From contig JAKSRX010000001.1 of NCBI GenBank assembly GCA_024403365.1, positions 401-64,400 of the forward strand: a stretch of DNA of 64,000 nucleotides, read 5' to 3'. Origin of the DNA: Acetatifactor sp. (lineage in GTDB: Bacteria; Bacillota; Clostridia; Lachnospirales; Lachnospiraceae). A program made the translations under genes and the position numbers. Below are positions 10,652 to 19,553 of the stretch, one piece after another (within the stretch, counting starts at the first letter, position 1; every line of letters starts with the position of its first letter). Under the pieces are notes generated by a model. That model was not told where the DNA came from, searched no databases, and was given only the letters and a program-made list of their open reading frames with translations.

Positions 10652-11535
10652 GACGCCACCTCCTTCTTGGAGATCCGTCTCCGAAGGATCAGGTCACAGA
10701 TAAGAATTCCTGCAGCAGTCAGAAGACACATGCCCAGACCGTACAAAGTCCAGACCAGGCAGGCCTCTGCCAAAATGCAGAGCACGATACCCATATATCT
10801 GCGGCGTAACGCCAGTGCGAAAACATAAGGCATCAGGATCAGATTACGAAGGCTGACACCTCGCCAGCCGCTGCTGATCAGGCCGAATCCATCCATGCCG
10901 TAGGCATAAGTGCCGGCAAGCAAAAGCAGTACCACTGCCAGAAGAAACAGCGGTCTCCTCTCTCTGCTCTCCGGAAACAGTGTGGTTCCCAGAGTGTAAA
11001 AAGCCACAAGGCTCAGCACAAAAACAAAGCAGGGAACGATGGTGTGGATCCAGGTCCAAGGAGTGACCGGCAGGAACTTACAAAAGGCACCGTACAGTGT
11101 GGGAAGGCAAAGCACCCTAAGTCTCATAGGCATTCCTGCGGTATAGGCTTCACCGGTCAAAGGATTGACAGAATAAGGAGCATCGGTGGTAAGGAAACTC
11201 TGCACCGTCTCCACCGTCATATCTCCGTGTACATCTATGGTCTTGCCGCTGATCAACAGGGCAAACACCCAAAGGCAGACACAGCCGAGGGCTGCCAACA
11301 GCCATTTTTCTTTCTTGCTAAGAGGATCGATCGATTTGCGGTCACGACGGGCAACCAATACAGAAAAGGCCAGGCAGCAAAGGAACACCGCTACAGTCCC
11401 TCCCAGGGTAAGCGCCGCTGCCAGAGAAAAGGACTTATGCAGGAATACCGCCAGCACATGGGCACACTCCGCGCCGCCGACGGTGGCTATAAAGCCTGTC
11501 AGCACGATATCCGAAACAGATAATTTACGAAGCAT
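10648..11535 (-). CDS. Polytopic membrane protein, DUF6077-like (possible GT-C fragment)
   Basis: Multiple TMs; GDMTVETV...VNPLTG loop; family name recalled, not searched. Confidence 0.6.
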   Translation of the reverse strand: MLRKLSVSDIVLTGFIATVGGAECAHVLAVFLHKSFSLAAALTLGGTVAVFLCCLAFSVLVARRDRKSIDPLSKKEKWLLAALGCVCLWVFALLISGKTIDVHGDMTVETVQSFLTTDAPYSVNPLTGEAYTAGMPMRLRVLCLPTLYGAFCKFLPVTPWTWIHTIVPCFVFVLSLVAFYTLGTTLFPESRERRPLFLLAVVLLLLAGTYAYGMDGFGLISSGWRGVSLRNLILMPYVFALALRRRYMGIVLCILAEACLVWTLYGLGMCLLTAAGILICDLILRRRISKKEVAS

Positions 11536-11567
11536 CCTTTTCTCCTTTCTTCCGCTTCCCGCAAAGG

Positions 11568-12680
11568 TTATACAAACACCCAGGTCAGGTAAGGCAGGAT
11601 CATAACATAATCACTTTTTCCCTTGATCAGGAAAATAATAAAATAACAAAGGTACGCAAGTGCGATCAGTCCGCACCAGAGTCTGCGCTTCTTCCTGTCG
11701 GAAATACCGGAAAGCACCAGGGGCAGCAGGAAGATCTGTCCCACCACCATGTAGTAGCAGACACGGGTCAGTTCCGGGATATAAGAACCGCAGGAATACA
11801 GGATCAAAGCAAACAGGTTCAGGTTAAAGAAGAACCTTGCCTTTGCATTCTCCTGTATCGTCTGCCTGTAATAGAGCAGGCAAAATACCAATACCGCCGC
11901 GCACTTGGCGATGTTCACATAGGAAACAGTCCCCACATCATACAGGGCATCCCCCTCGTAGAAGGGATAAAAGCGGAATACCAGGGCACGCACCAGAGGC
12001 TTTCCAATAATCAGTCCCACACAGGCCGCGGGAATCAGCCACAGTGTCTTCTTAGACCATTTCAGCACATAAGCCACCAGGTACACAGGGATCACCAGCA
12101 GCGCCGTCTTATGGAAGAGGCAGGCTACCCCGATCCAGATCACAAAGGGCACATAATTTTTCTGCAGTACGTACTTCGTGGAATACAGCACGAATCCCAG
12201 TGCCACATAATAACGCACGGTACTGAAACTCATGAAATAGAAACCGTTGGCCATGTACAGGAAGAAGGAAAAAACGAACCAGTCCGCGGTATCGTAGATT
12301 CCCTTCAGGGAAAAGGCACAGGTCAGAAATGCCACCAATGCAAAGGTGGTCCTATAATTATCCTGACCGAAAAGGTACTGCATCAGGCGCACCAGATACT
12401 GAAATCCGATCTCGAAGGAGATCTTTCTGTCTCCGCCTGCGATATACAAAAACTGGGTACGATAGGTCCAGTAATCATTTCCGATACCGATACGAAGAGC
12501 GGACAGGGAAAACAGGATACCGAAGATACCCAAAAGCAATATTCTGTTTAACATCACCTGTCTGGTGCTTCCCGATGATCCGGAAAGGCAGGCATTGCGA
12601 CCGTAGGCGCTATTGATGAAATAGGCCATGGCGACTACCAATGCCGTCACAAAAAGATACAAAACCATACCGATTCCCAA
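11568..12680 (-). CDS. EpsG-family O-antigen/EPS polymerase (Wzy-like)
   Basis: ALRIGIGNDY, FEIGF, VRYYVA, FHKTA, C-terminal LPY; about 10 TMs. Confidence 0.85.
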   Translation of the reverse strand: MGIGMVLYLFVTALVVAMAYFINSAYGRNACLSGSSGSTRQVMLNRILLLGIFGILFSLSALRIGIGNDYWTYRTQFLYIAGGDRKISFEIGFQYLVRLMQYLFGQDNYRTTFALVAFLTCAFSLKGIYDTADWFVFSFFLYMANGFYFMSFSTVRYYVALGFVLYSTKYVLQKNYVPFVIWIGVACLFHKTALLVIPVYLVAYVLKWSKKTLWLIPAACVGLIIGKPLVRALVFRFYPFYEGDALYDVGTVSYVNIAKCAAVLVFCLLYYRQTIQENAKARFFFNLNLFALILYSCGSYIPELTRVCYYMVVGQIFLLPLVLSGISDRKKRRLWCGLIALAYLCYFIIFLIKGKSDYVMILPYLTWVFV

Positions 12681-12691
12681 ACTTTCAAAAG

Positions 12692-13696
12692 TTACTTACC
12701 GTAATACTGTCTGATCAGCTTCTCGTTCTCATCCACCAGCACTGCGGCACTTACCGTGATCTGCTGTCTCTTAAGCTGCTCTAAGGTCCTCTCCACTCTG
12801 CGTCCGTTGTGATTGCCGGCTTTCACCACCAAAACCACGGTGTCAAAGTTTCTGAGTTTATCATACTCTGCATCCGTAAAGGCTTCGTCCAGCACATGTC
12901 CGAATACTTTCATCTCTGCCTTTGTTTTAAGCAGACCCTCGGGGATCGTCATATTCTGTTCCCCGGGAACCAAAGCAATTCTTTGGGCGTCCTTCAGAGC
13001 ATGTGCGCAGTTATCTGCGAATTCCTTCATGGAAGGAGCACCCAGTGCCAACAAGCCGTAGCGCTTCTCCAGGGTAGAAGGCAGATACAGAGAAGTATCT
13101 ACACAAAGGAATGCGAAAAGTCCGCACAATCCTGCAAAGAAGCCGATGCATCCGCCTAAGATGCAGGCGTTTTTCAGGCGGAAGTTGGTGTTATCCTTCG
13201 CCTCACGAGCCTCTTTCACGATCTGCATTGCCGCAATCTCTTTCTGCTCCTGCGCGAAACCGACTGTAACCTCCTCCAGGGCTGCCGCCAGCTTCAGGGA
13301 AAGAGCGGGATCATGGGTGGTACATCTTAAGTACAGGTAACGCACATCGGAATCAATGGTTGCAGCGGTAGAAGCAATGATCTCCTCACGGCTCATGGAA
13401 AGCTTCTGTGCCATATTATCCACAAAATAGTCTGTGTGCACCAATTCATTCCAGGTATAGTAGTTGTAATATTCATAAGGGCTGCCGGAACCGTCTTCCG
13501 CATAATCGATATAGCAGACAGATTCCGCCTGATAGGTCCTGCCCCCTCCCAAAACCAGTTTGGAGAAGGAATATCCGCCGCCCACAAGCAGTACGCCTGC
13601 CAGTGCGGCCAGGATCAATACCCATATTTTCCGATACAGCCTAAGGCCTATCAATCTGTAATCCGCAGGTTCCCCCGCGTATGCACACTCCCACAT
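12692..13696 (-). CDS. Chain-length determinant (Wzz/CpsC-like) with degenerate CpsD/Wzc-like C-terminus
   Basis: Start moved to ATG 13696 (MWECAY) because the ORF-track extension overlaps the upstream gene. Two TMs flank a soluble loop; then LEKRYGLLALG and DTVVLVVKAG...LEQL. Confidence 0.7.
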   Translation of the reverse strand: MWECAYAGEPADYRLIGLRLYRKIWVLILAALAGVLLVGGGYSFSKLVLGGGRTYQAESVCYIDYAEDGSGSPYEYYNYYTWNELVHTDYFVDNMAQKLSMSREEIIASTAATIDSDVRYLYLRCTTHDPALSLKLAAALEEVTVGFAQEQKEIAAMQIVKEAREAKDNTNFRLKNACILGGCIGFFAGLCGLFAFLCVDTSLYLPSTLEKRYGLLALGAPSMKEFADNCAHALKDAQRIALVPGEQNMTIPEGLLKTKAEMKVFGHVLDEAFTDAEYDKLRNFDTVVLVVKAGNHNGRRVERTLEQLKRQQITVSAAVLVDENEKLIRQYYGK

Positions 13697-13710
13697 AATT
13701 TGATCCTTTC

Positions 13711-15390
13711 TTACTTCTGCTTTTTCGTCGCAAAAGTACAGAGAATATATGTCAGATCCACTGCCCAGATGCAATAAACGACTGCGTGGAAATAGGCAAG
13801 CACACCTGCCGGCATCACCAGCGCGATGGCAGCCGCCTGTCCCAACAGCACGAAGATCAAAGCAGCCGGACCGGGAACACTCTTTTTCTTTCTGCACAGG
13901 AAGTAAAATTCCCGGAAGAAGATACAAACTGCCAGCAGAACCGCAAGCCCCAAGGTCGCTGTCTGCAGGTAAGTCTTTTTCAGAAGCTGCGCCACTTTAT
14001 TTCGCGCAGCCAGGATCACATCCGCCACGGTATTTCGAAGTCCAAGCTTTTTCCAGGCTTTCACCCCGGGCACACTGTCAAGATCCTCTCTGCCGATATT
14101 CCAGGCATCATAGGTCCACTGGGGCACATCGTCCACCCAGACCTTACTCTTCTCCACATAGGGATACTCCACCAGTTTTCCCGCCTGACAGACCATGAAG
14201 ATCTGAGTCTTAGCATAGATGGGAAGATTGTGAAGAATGATACGATAATATGCTTTCATATAAGCTGCGCCCACTTCCTTGCTGACGCCGCTCTGATTGA
14301 TGTCGATATAACCTCTCTGCACATTGACTCTGCGGTAACCGTCCATGCCGAAACACTGGATCACAGGAAGAGGTGTTACCCGCTCCAAAGCCTTCAGGTC
14401 CTCTGCCGCGCCCTCATAGGAAAGGTTTGCGGAATCCGCATTCAACACATTCTGCAGGGTAGGGAAGGAATTGATGAAGGAATAATCCTTACCGTAATAT
14501 TTTCCGTCACCCAGTTTCTGGGGAACAGAGATCACCAGGAAAGCCACGATCACTGCCAGAAGATACCATACGGTTTTCTGAACGCCCTGCTTATAACCGA
14601 ACAATAACAGGCAGGCAAAACCCAGAACCCCTAAGACCACGCCTTCGGTACGCCACACACCCAGGAATCCGCAAAGCAGTGCAATTCCCAGGATCTCTTT
14701 TGTACTGCGCAGCTTGCCGTCTACCAGGTCCATCACCGCCAGGGAGGCGAAGAACAGACAGGCCAGGGCATATTGCTCTGTTCTGTAAGCATTGGTCAGA
14801 AGATAATAACTATCCGGTACCAGCAGTAAGGTAAATACCAGCCACTTTCCTTTTCCCTGCAATACGGGGCTTTCCTTGATCCTGGTGAACAGATATCCCA
14901 GGGTAAACAGGGAAAACAGCCACTGCAGCAGGCAGATGGCAAAAGGATGAGGCAGCACCATCATACAAGCTCCGTAGATCACGCTGGAGTATGCGGAATG
15001 CCAATACTCGGGAAAGAATCTGATGGCATAGGAATAGGTGATCAGGTTATCTTCGCTGTAGGTGAAGATGTTTGGCCACAGCAGGCCAAGCACTAACGCT
15101 CCCACCAGGAAAATACCTGCGAAGATCTTCAGATCTCTATCGGCTTTCAAGTGCTTCTTCACATAGAAGATCAGCTTCCAGAAAAGGCAGATAAACAGGA
15201 TCGCGAAGGCCTTGGTCAGCACATATCCCATCACTCTCTCGGCGGTATCCCCGAATCCCTGCTGTAAGGGAACGGCAGCCACCACATCCCTGTCTAAGGT
15301 GAAGTGAAAGAGAGCTCGCTCGTACAGGAAAGACAAGAGAACATGAAGTATCGGCAAAATCATTTCAAGAGATATTTTTCTGTTTCTCAT
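13711..15390 (-). CDS. Polytopic membrane protein, DUF6020/GT-C-like
   Basis: About 11-13 TMs, WPNIFTYSED first-loop acidic motif, large soluble loop. Confidence 0.6.
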   Translation of the reverse strand: MRNRKISLEMILPILHVLLSFLYERALFHFTLDRDVVAAVPLQQGFGDTAERVMGYVLTKAFAILFICLFWKLIFYVKKHLKADRDLKIFAGIFLVGALVLGLLWPNIFTYSEDNLITYSYAIRFFPEYWHSAYSSVIYGACMMVLPHPFAICLLQWLFSLFTLGYLFTRIKESPVLQGKGKWLVFTLLLVPDSYYLLTNAYRTEQYALACLFFASLAVMDLVDGKLRSTKEILGIALLCGFLGVWRTEGVVLGVLGFACLLLFGYKQGVQKTVWYLLAVIVAFLVISVPQKLGDGKYYGKDYSFINSFPTLQNVLNADSANLSYEGAAEDLKALERVTPLPVIQCFGMDGYRRVNVQRGYIDINQSGVSKEVGAAYMKAYYRIILHNLPIYAKTQIFMVCQAGKLVEYPYVEKSKVWVDDVPQWTYDAWNIGREDLDSVPGVKAWKKLGLRNTVADVILAARNKVAQLLKKTYLQTATLGLAVLLAVCIFFREFYFLCRKKKSVPGPAALIFVLLGQAAAIALVMPAGVLAYFHAVVYCIWAVDLTYILCTFATKKQK

Positions 15391-15451
15391 GCTTTCTCCT
15401 TCCCTGCGGCCGGCATAGGGACATACCTAGCGCAATTTTAACTATCACTAT

Positions 15452-15480
15452 ATTGTACCATACCCTTCCCTCACATACAA
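15452..15480 (-). promoter_or_regulatory. Sigma-A-type promoter for the polysaccharide operon
   Basis: Minus strand TTGTAT-17 nt-TACAAT with a TG extended -10. Confidence 0.6.
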
Positions 15481-15482
15481 GC

Positions 15483-15512
15483 AAAAGAGGTCGGCATCAT
15501 CGCCGACCTCTT
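15483..15512 (-). terminator. Intrinsic terminator of the Spo0A_C gene
   Basis: 11-bp stem AAGAGGTCGGC/GCCGACCTCTT with short U-tract on the minus strand. Confidence 0.7.
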
Positions 15513-15526
15513 CTATCGTTCTTCCA

Positions 15527-15904
15527 TTATTTTGACTTGATATCCAATCTGATCTTATCCGCTATTCGCGCTATGTACTCACTGTTGGTGGGCCGCATCC
15601 TTCCGGATGCCGCAGAATATCCGAACATCTTCTCAAAAGTCTCCGTATTCCCTCGTAACCAGGAAACTTCGATGGCGTTTCGAATCGCTCTTTCCACCTT
15701 CTGATCTGTTGTCTTGAAGTGTTTTGCAATGGTAGGATACAGCAGCTTCGTCACACTGCTGACCACCTCCATATCCTTGCCTGAAAGCATGATCGCATCC
15801 CTCAGATAATGATACCCTTTCAGGTGTGCGGGCACCCCGATATCCAACATGATCTCGGTCACATACCGCTCCAGTTCCCAATCATTGACAGCACTTATTT
15901 CCAC
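15527..15904 (-). CDS. Stand-alone Spo0A C-terminal DNA-binding-domain protein (no receiver domain)
   Basis: IGVPAHLKGYHYLRDAI, TKLLYPTIAK, VERAIRNAIEVSW, PTNSEYIA; likely GTG start at 15904 behind GGAGGGGGAG. Confidence 0.85.
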   Translation of the reverse strand: MEISAVNDWELERYVTEIMLDIGVPAHLKGYHYLRDAIMLSGKDMEVVSSVTKLLYPTIAKHFKTTDQKVERAIRNAIEVSWLRGNTETFEKMFGYSAASGRMRPTNSEYIARIADKIRLDIKSK

Positions 15905-15958
15905 AAGAATCTCCCCCTCCCTGTCGATAAACAATTTGTTTTTCCGAAGAACAGGATA

Positions 15959-15987
15959 ATTCTAGCATAGCTGTCGTTTCTTGTGAA
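15959..15987 (-). promoter_or_regulatory. Sigma-A-type promoter of the Spo0A_C gene
   Basis: Minus strand TTCACA-17 nt-TAGAAT with TG extension. Confidence 0.5.
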
Positions 15988-16022
15988 TATTTTGAGCCGC
16001 TAAGAAACCGTTAAGACTTGCC

Positions 16023-16952
16023 TTACAGCTCCTCTCTCACAACATAGATCGGGCGGTGCTTGACCTCCATATAGGTCTTAGCCAGGTACTGTCCCAGAAT
16101 ACCGGTGCAGAAGAACTGCACGCCGCTAAGAAACAGCATAATACATACCAGGGAAGGCCATCCGGATACGGGATCGCCGAAGCTCAACTTTCTCACTACT
16201 ACAAAGATCATCATGAGGAATGCCAGGATGCAGAACAAAACGCCTGCCACGGAGGCGATCATCAAAGGCACGGTGGAAAAGGCGGTGATTCCGTCCAGGG
16301 AGTAGATAAACAGTTTCCAGAAGTTCCACTTGGTCTCGCCTCTGGCTCTCTCTACATTCTCAAATTCCACCCACTTGGTCTTGAAGCCTACCCAGCCGAA
16401 GATACCCTTGGTGAAACGGTTGTATTCTCTCATGGAAAGAATGGCATTGACCATATTTCTGGTCATCAGACGGTAATCTCTTGCGCCATCCATCATCTCT
16501 GTCTTGGAGATCTTCTTCATCAGTTTGTAGAACTTTCTGGCGAAGAAGCTTCTGATGGGAGGCTCTCCCTTTCTGGTGACTCTTCTGGTTGCCACGGAGT
16601 CATAGCCTTCCTTGATGTAGCCGAACATTTCCGGCAAAAGGGAAGGGGGATCCTGCAGATCCACGTCCATGATCACCACATAGTCGCCCTTGGCATGCTC
16701 TAAGCCGGCAAACATGGCGGATTCCTTACCGAAATTTCTGGAGAAGGAGATCAGTCTGACTTCCTCATGGGCACTTTTCAGCTTCTTCACTTCTTCCACG
16801 GTGCGGTCTATGGAACCGTCATCGATATACAGCACCTCTACCTGAAGGTCATTTGCTTCAAAGTAAGGGCGATTTTTCATCAATTCTTCAAAAAAGAGCG
16901 CTACGCTCTCCTCCTCGTTATAGCAAGGAACGATCACACTCAAAAGACTCAT
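16023..16952 (-). CDS. GtrB/YkcC/CsbB-like bactoprenol glycosyltransferase (GT2, two C-terminal TMs)
   Basis: SVIVPCYNEE, FSRNFGKE, MDVDLQDPP, DYRLM, YMEVKHRPIY. Confidence 0.9.
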   Translation of the reverse strand: MSLLSVIVPCYNEEESVALFFEELMKNRPYFEANDLQVEVLYIDDGSIDRTVEEVKKLKSAHEEVRLISFSRNFGKESAMFAGLEHAKGDYVVIMDVDLQDPPSLLPEMFGYIKEGYDSVATRRVTRKGEPPIRSFFARKFYKLMKKISKTEMMDGARDYRLMTRNMVNAILSMREYNRFTKGIFGWVGFKTKWVEFENVERARGETKWNFWKLFIYSLDGITAFSTVPLMIASVAGVLFCILAFLMMIFVVVRKLSFGDPVSGWPSLVCIMLFLSGVQFFCTGILGQYLAKTYMEVKHRPIYVVREEL

Positions 16953-16966
16953 GTGCTTCTCCTTTC

Positions 16967-16998
16967 AAAAGAAAAGCCCATCTTTCGAAGATGGGCCT
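16967..16998 (-). terminator. Intrinsic terminator after the HPr gene
   Basis: GCCCATCTT/AAGATGGGC stem with adjacent A-run (U-tract on minus). Confidence 0.65.
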
Positions 16999-17007
16999 TG
17001 CGCTTGA

Positions 17008-17271
17008 TTATTCACCTAATCCATTCTCGACTGCCTGTACCAGAGTTGCCAGAGCATCCTGCTCATCCTCTCCTTCACAGACGAAGGTAATTTCATCTCC
17101 GCACTTTACACATGCTCCCAAAACACTCAGAACGCTCTTTGCATTAGCGGTATTATCTCTATATGTGAAAGTGATCAATGATTTGAACTGCATAGCCTCT
17201 TTACACAGGATTCCTGCGGGTCGAAGATGCAAGCCGGTAGGATTCTTAATCACAACCTTTTGACTAACCAT
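17008..17271 (-). CDS. ptsH: HPr phosphocarrier protein
   Basis: GLHLRPA (His15) and NAKSVL (Ser46). Confidence 0.85.
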   Translation of the reverse strand: MVSQKVVIKNPTGLHLRPAGILCKEAMQFKSLITFTYRDNTANAKSVLSVLGACVKCGDEITFVCEGEDEQDALATLVQAVENGLGE

Positions 17272-17354
17272 TTTGCAATCCCTCCAATTCTGACGCTCCC
17301 CATTGCGTCTTTACAAATAATATAGCACGGTTGTAAAAATATCACAACAATTTT

Positions 17355-18638
17355 TTAAGGTGCCTGGTCCTCTTTGACAAAATTCACCAATATGGATACA
17401 TCATTCATCTTTTCGACCTTAGAAGGCAGGCTGAAAGTTACCGGCACATGATAGGTCTGGTCGGTGAGTTCCTTGATACCTGCACTGCGCATCCATGCAC
17501 TGAAGTCCACGGTGCCGCGGATATCGTTCTGAACTTCTGTCACATCTGCATCCAATCCTGCAATCCGCAGAATGTAAGGATCATGATCTGCCAGCTCTGC
17601 TTTGTATCCTGCAGGAGCATTTACCAGAGTCAGTTTCTCCACCTTTACTTCACAAGCCTTCTCAACCTTGGGCTCGATGTAAGCAACGATGGTGACATCA
17701 CCCTTGTAGCTGCTGTTGGCGGGGCGTACGTTACGGGTATTCAGGAATTCCTTAATGTTAACGGTACGCACCATGTTCTCTTCCAGTCCGGTCATATCCA
17801 GTTTGTCTCCGGAGATCTGGATGTTGTCGATGGTCTTCAGAATTGCTTCTGTGCCTGCAATGGTGACCTTCTCGGGATTACACTTGGTCTCGCCGGTGGC
17901 AAGGTATCCTTCCGCCGGGGTACCGGTAACGGTATACACGATAGGCACATCCTTCACTGCCAGTATCTCTACCGTCATCAGGACATTGGATACATTCCTC
18001 TCAACACGAGGCAGTTCCAGAGGCTGTCCGTTCACATCATAGAAAACAGGCTCGATATTCATGGACATCTGGGTAGTAGCACCCTCTACGTTCATGGTAA
18101 CGGATGCATAACTGATCCTCTCGATATCGGATCTTGGTCCGGTGACCTTCATCATGTTCTGGTCCAGACCTGTGCTGATGATCTTGTGGTTCTCTGCCGG
18201 TGTACCGGTAACGTTATAAAGGACACGAATAGAAGTACTCTGCAGTTCCTCCACATTCAAAGTAACAAATTCACGGTCTCCGCGGATACTCTGTACCTGC
18301 TCCACCTCGGAATTTCTGATCTGAAAATCGATGGGAATGGTATTGATCTCCGTAAGCTTGCTCACGTCCGCAATGGCAACGATATCGGATGCTCGAAGTT
18401 TACCGGACATGCTCTTGGGAATACGCACTCTGACGGTTACCAGATTGGAATTATCAGCCACTTCAAAAAACTTATTCTGTTGTTCTAAAAGCTCTGTATT
18501 GATCAGTTCTACCGGAACATTGTAGTAGGTTCTTGTCTCCTGAGGGTCATTGATCAGGGAAACAAAAAACCAAAGCAAAACCGCCAGGAAGAACGAGATC
18601 GCTTTCAAGCCCAGATTATTGGTTATCTTCTTTTTCAT
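17355..18638 (-). CDS. cdaR: CdaR/YbbR regulator of diadenylate cyclase
   Basis: N-terminal TM (KAISFFLAVLLWFFV), repeated YbbR-like beta domains; overlaps cdaA. Confidence 0.85.
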   Translation of the reverse strand: MKKKITNNLGLKAISFFLAVLLWFFVSLINDPQETRTYYNVPVELINTELLEQQNKFFEVADNSNLVTVRVRIPKSMSGKLRASDIVAIADVSKLTEINTIPIDFQIRNSEVEQVQSIRGDREFVTLNVEELQSTSIRVLYNVTGTPAENHKIISTGLDQNMMKVTGPRSDIERISYASVTMNVEGATTQMSMNIEPVFYDVNGQPLELPRVERNVSNVLMTVEILAVKDVPIVYTVTGTPAEGYLATGETKCNPEKVTIAGTEAILKTIDNIQISGDKLDMTGLEENMVRTVNIKEFLNTRNVRPANSSYKGDVTIVAYIEPKVEKACEVKVEKLTLVNAPAGYKAELADHDPYILRIAGLDADVTEVQNDIRGTVDFSAWMRSAGIKELTDQTYHVPVTFSLPSKVEKMNDVSILVNFVKEDQAP

Positions 18639-19524
18639 TCTTTGATTTTCCTATTCCCTTAAAGATTGAGCGTTTCTTGGCCTGTTTTGCCTCTTCCTCC
18701 GCATCCTTCTGCTTGTTCAGGATCTGTTCCAGACGCAGTCTCAGGATCTTGGCCTCGATATTGCGGCTCAGTTTTCCTTCGTATGCCACGCTGACGGCAC
18801 CGGTCTCCTCGGATACGATGATGGTAAAGGAGTCTGTCTCCTCGGAAATACCCACCGCCGCACGATGTCTGGTGCCCAGCTCCTTGCTGATGGACAGGTT
18901 CTTGGAAACCGGAAGCAGACAGGTGGCTGCCGCAACACGGTTACCTCTGATCAACACCGCACCGTCATGGAGTGGTGTGTTATGTTCGAAAATATTGATC
19001 AACAGCTGTCTGGTAACGACACCGTCGACCTCGATACCGGTACTTTCTACCTGTTTCAGGGATTCGTTCTGCTCGATCACGATCAGGGCACCGGTCTTCA
19101 CCCGACCCATATCGTAACAAGCACTTACGATCTCATTCACGGTGGTCTCGGAGAGCAGTTCCTTCTCCTTTGCGGAGTCTGTGAACATGCCGCCCGGGAA
19201 GAAGTTCTTCTTACCCAGTTCCTCCAGCGCGTGTCGCAGTTCCGGCTGCATTACCACGATGATGGCAATGGTTGCAAAGCTGAGCAGGTTCTTGGCCAGC
19301 CACTTGATGGTCTCCATCTGCAGGAAGTAGACAAGGGCCACAAAAAGGCCAATGACAATAAGGCCTTTCAGCAACTGCCAGGCCCTGGTTGTCTTCATCC
19401 ATACAAGAATGACATACACTATGAAAGTAAGCAGGAGAATTTCGAGAACATCTTTTAACTCAATGGTTGCACGATAGATGATAAATTCCCGAACTAATCC
19501 GTTGATAGATTCCAAAAACTGCAT
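18616..19524 (-). CDS. cdaA: Diadenylate cyclase CdaA
   Basis: Three N-terminal TMs, QPELR, TGALIV, PLHDGA, GTRHRAA, VSEETG. Confidence 0.95.
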   Translation of the reverse strand: MQFLESINGLVREFIIYRATIELKDVLEILLLTFIVYVILVWMKTTRAWQLLKGLIVIGLFVALVYFLQMETIKWLAKNLLSFATIAIIVVMQPELRHALEELGKKNFFPGGMFTDSAKEKELLSETTVNEIVSACYDMGRVKTGALIVIEQNESLKQVESTGIEVDGVVTRQLLINIFEHNTPLHDGAVLIRGNRVAAATCLLPVSKNLSISKELGTRHRAAVGISEETDSFTIIVSEETGAVSVAYEGKLSRNIEAKILRLRLEQILNKQKDAEEEAKQAKKRSIFKGIGKSKNEKEDNQ

Positions 19525-19553
19525 CTTACTTCTCGCTTTACAATATAATTACT

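Noticed and set aside
13697-13927. N-terminal extension of the Wzz-like ORF
   Set aside because: It overlaps the upstream gene by more than 200 nt; ATG 13696 has an AAAGGA RBS
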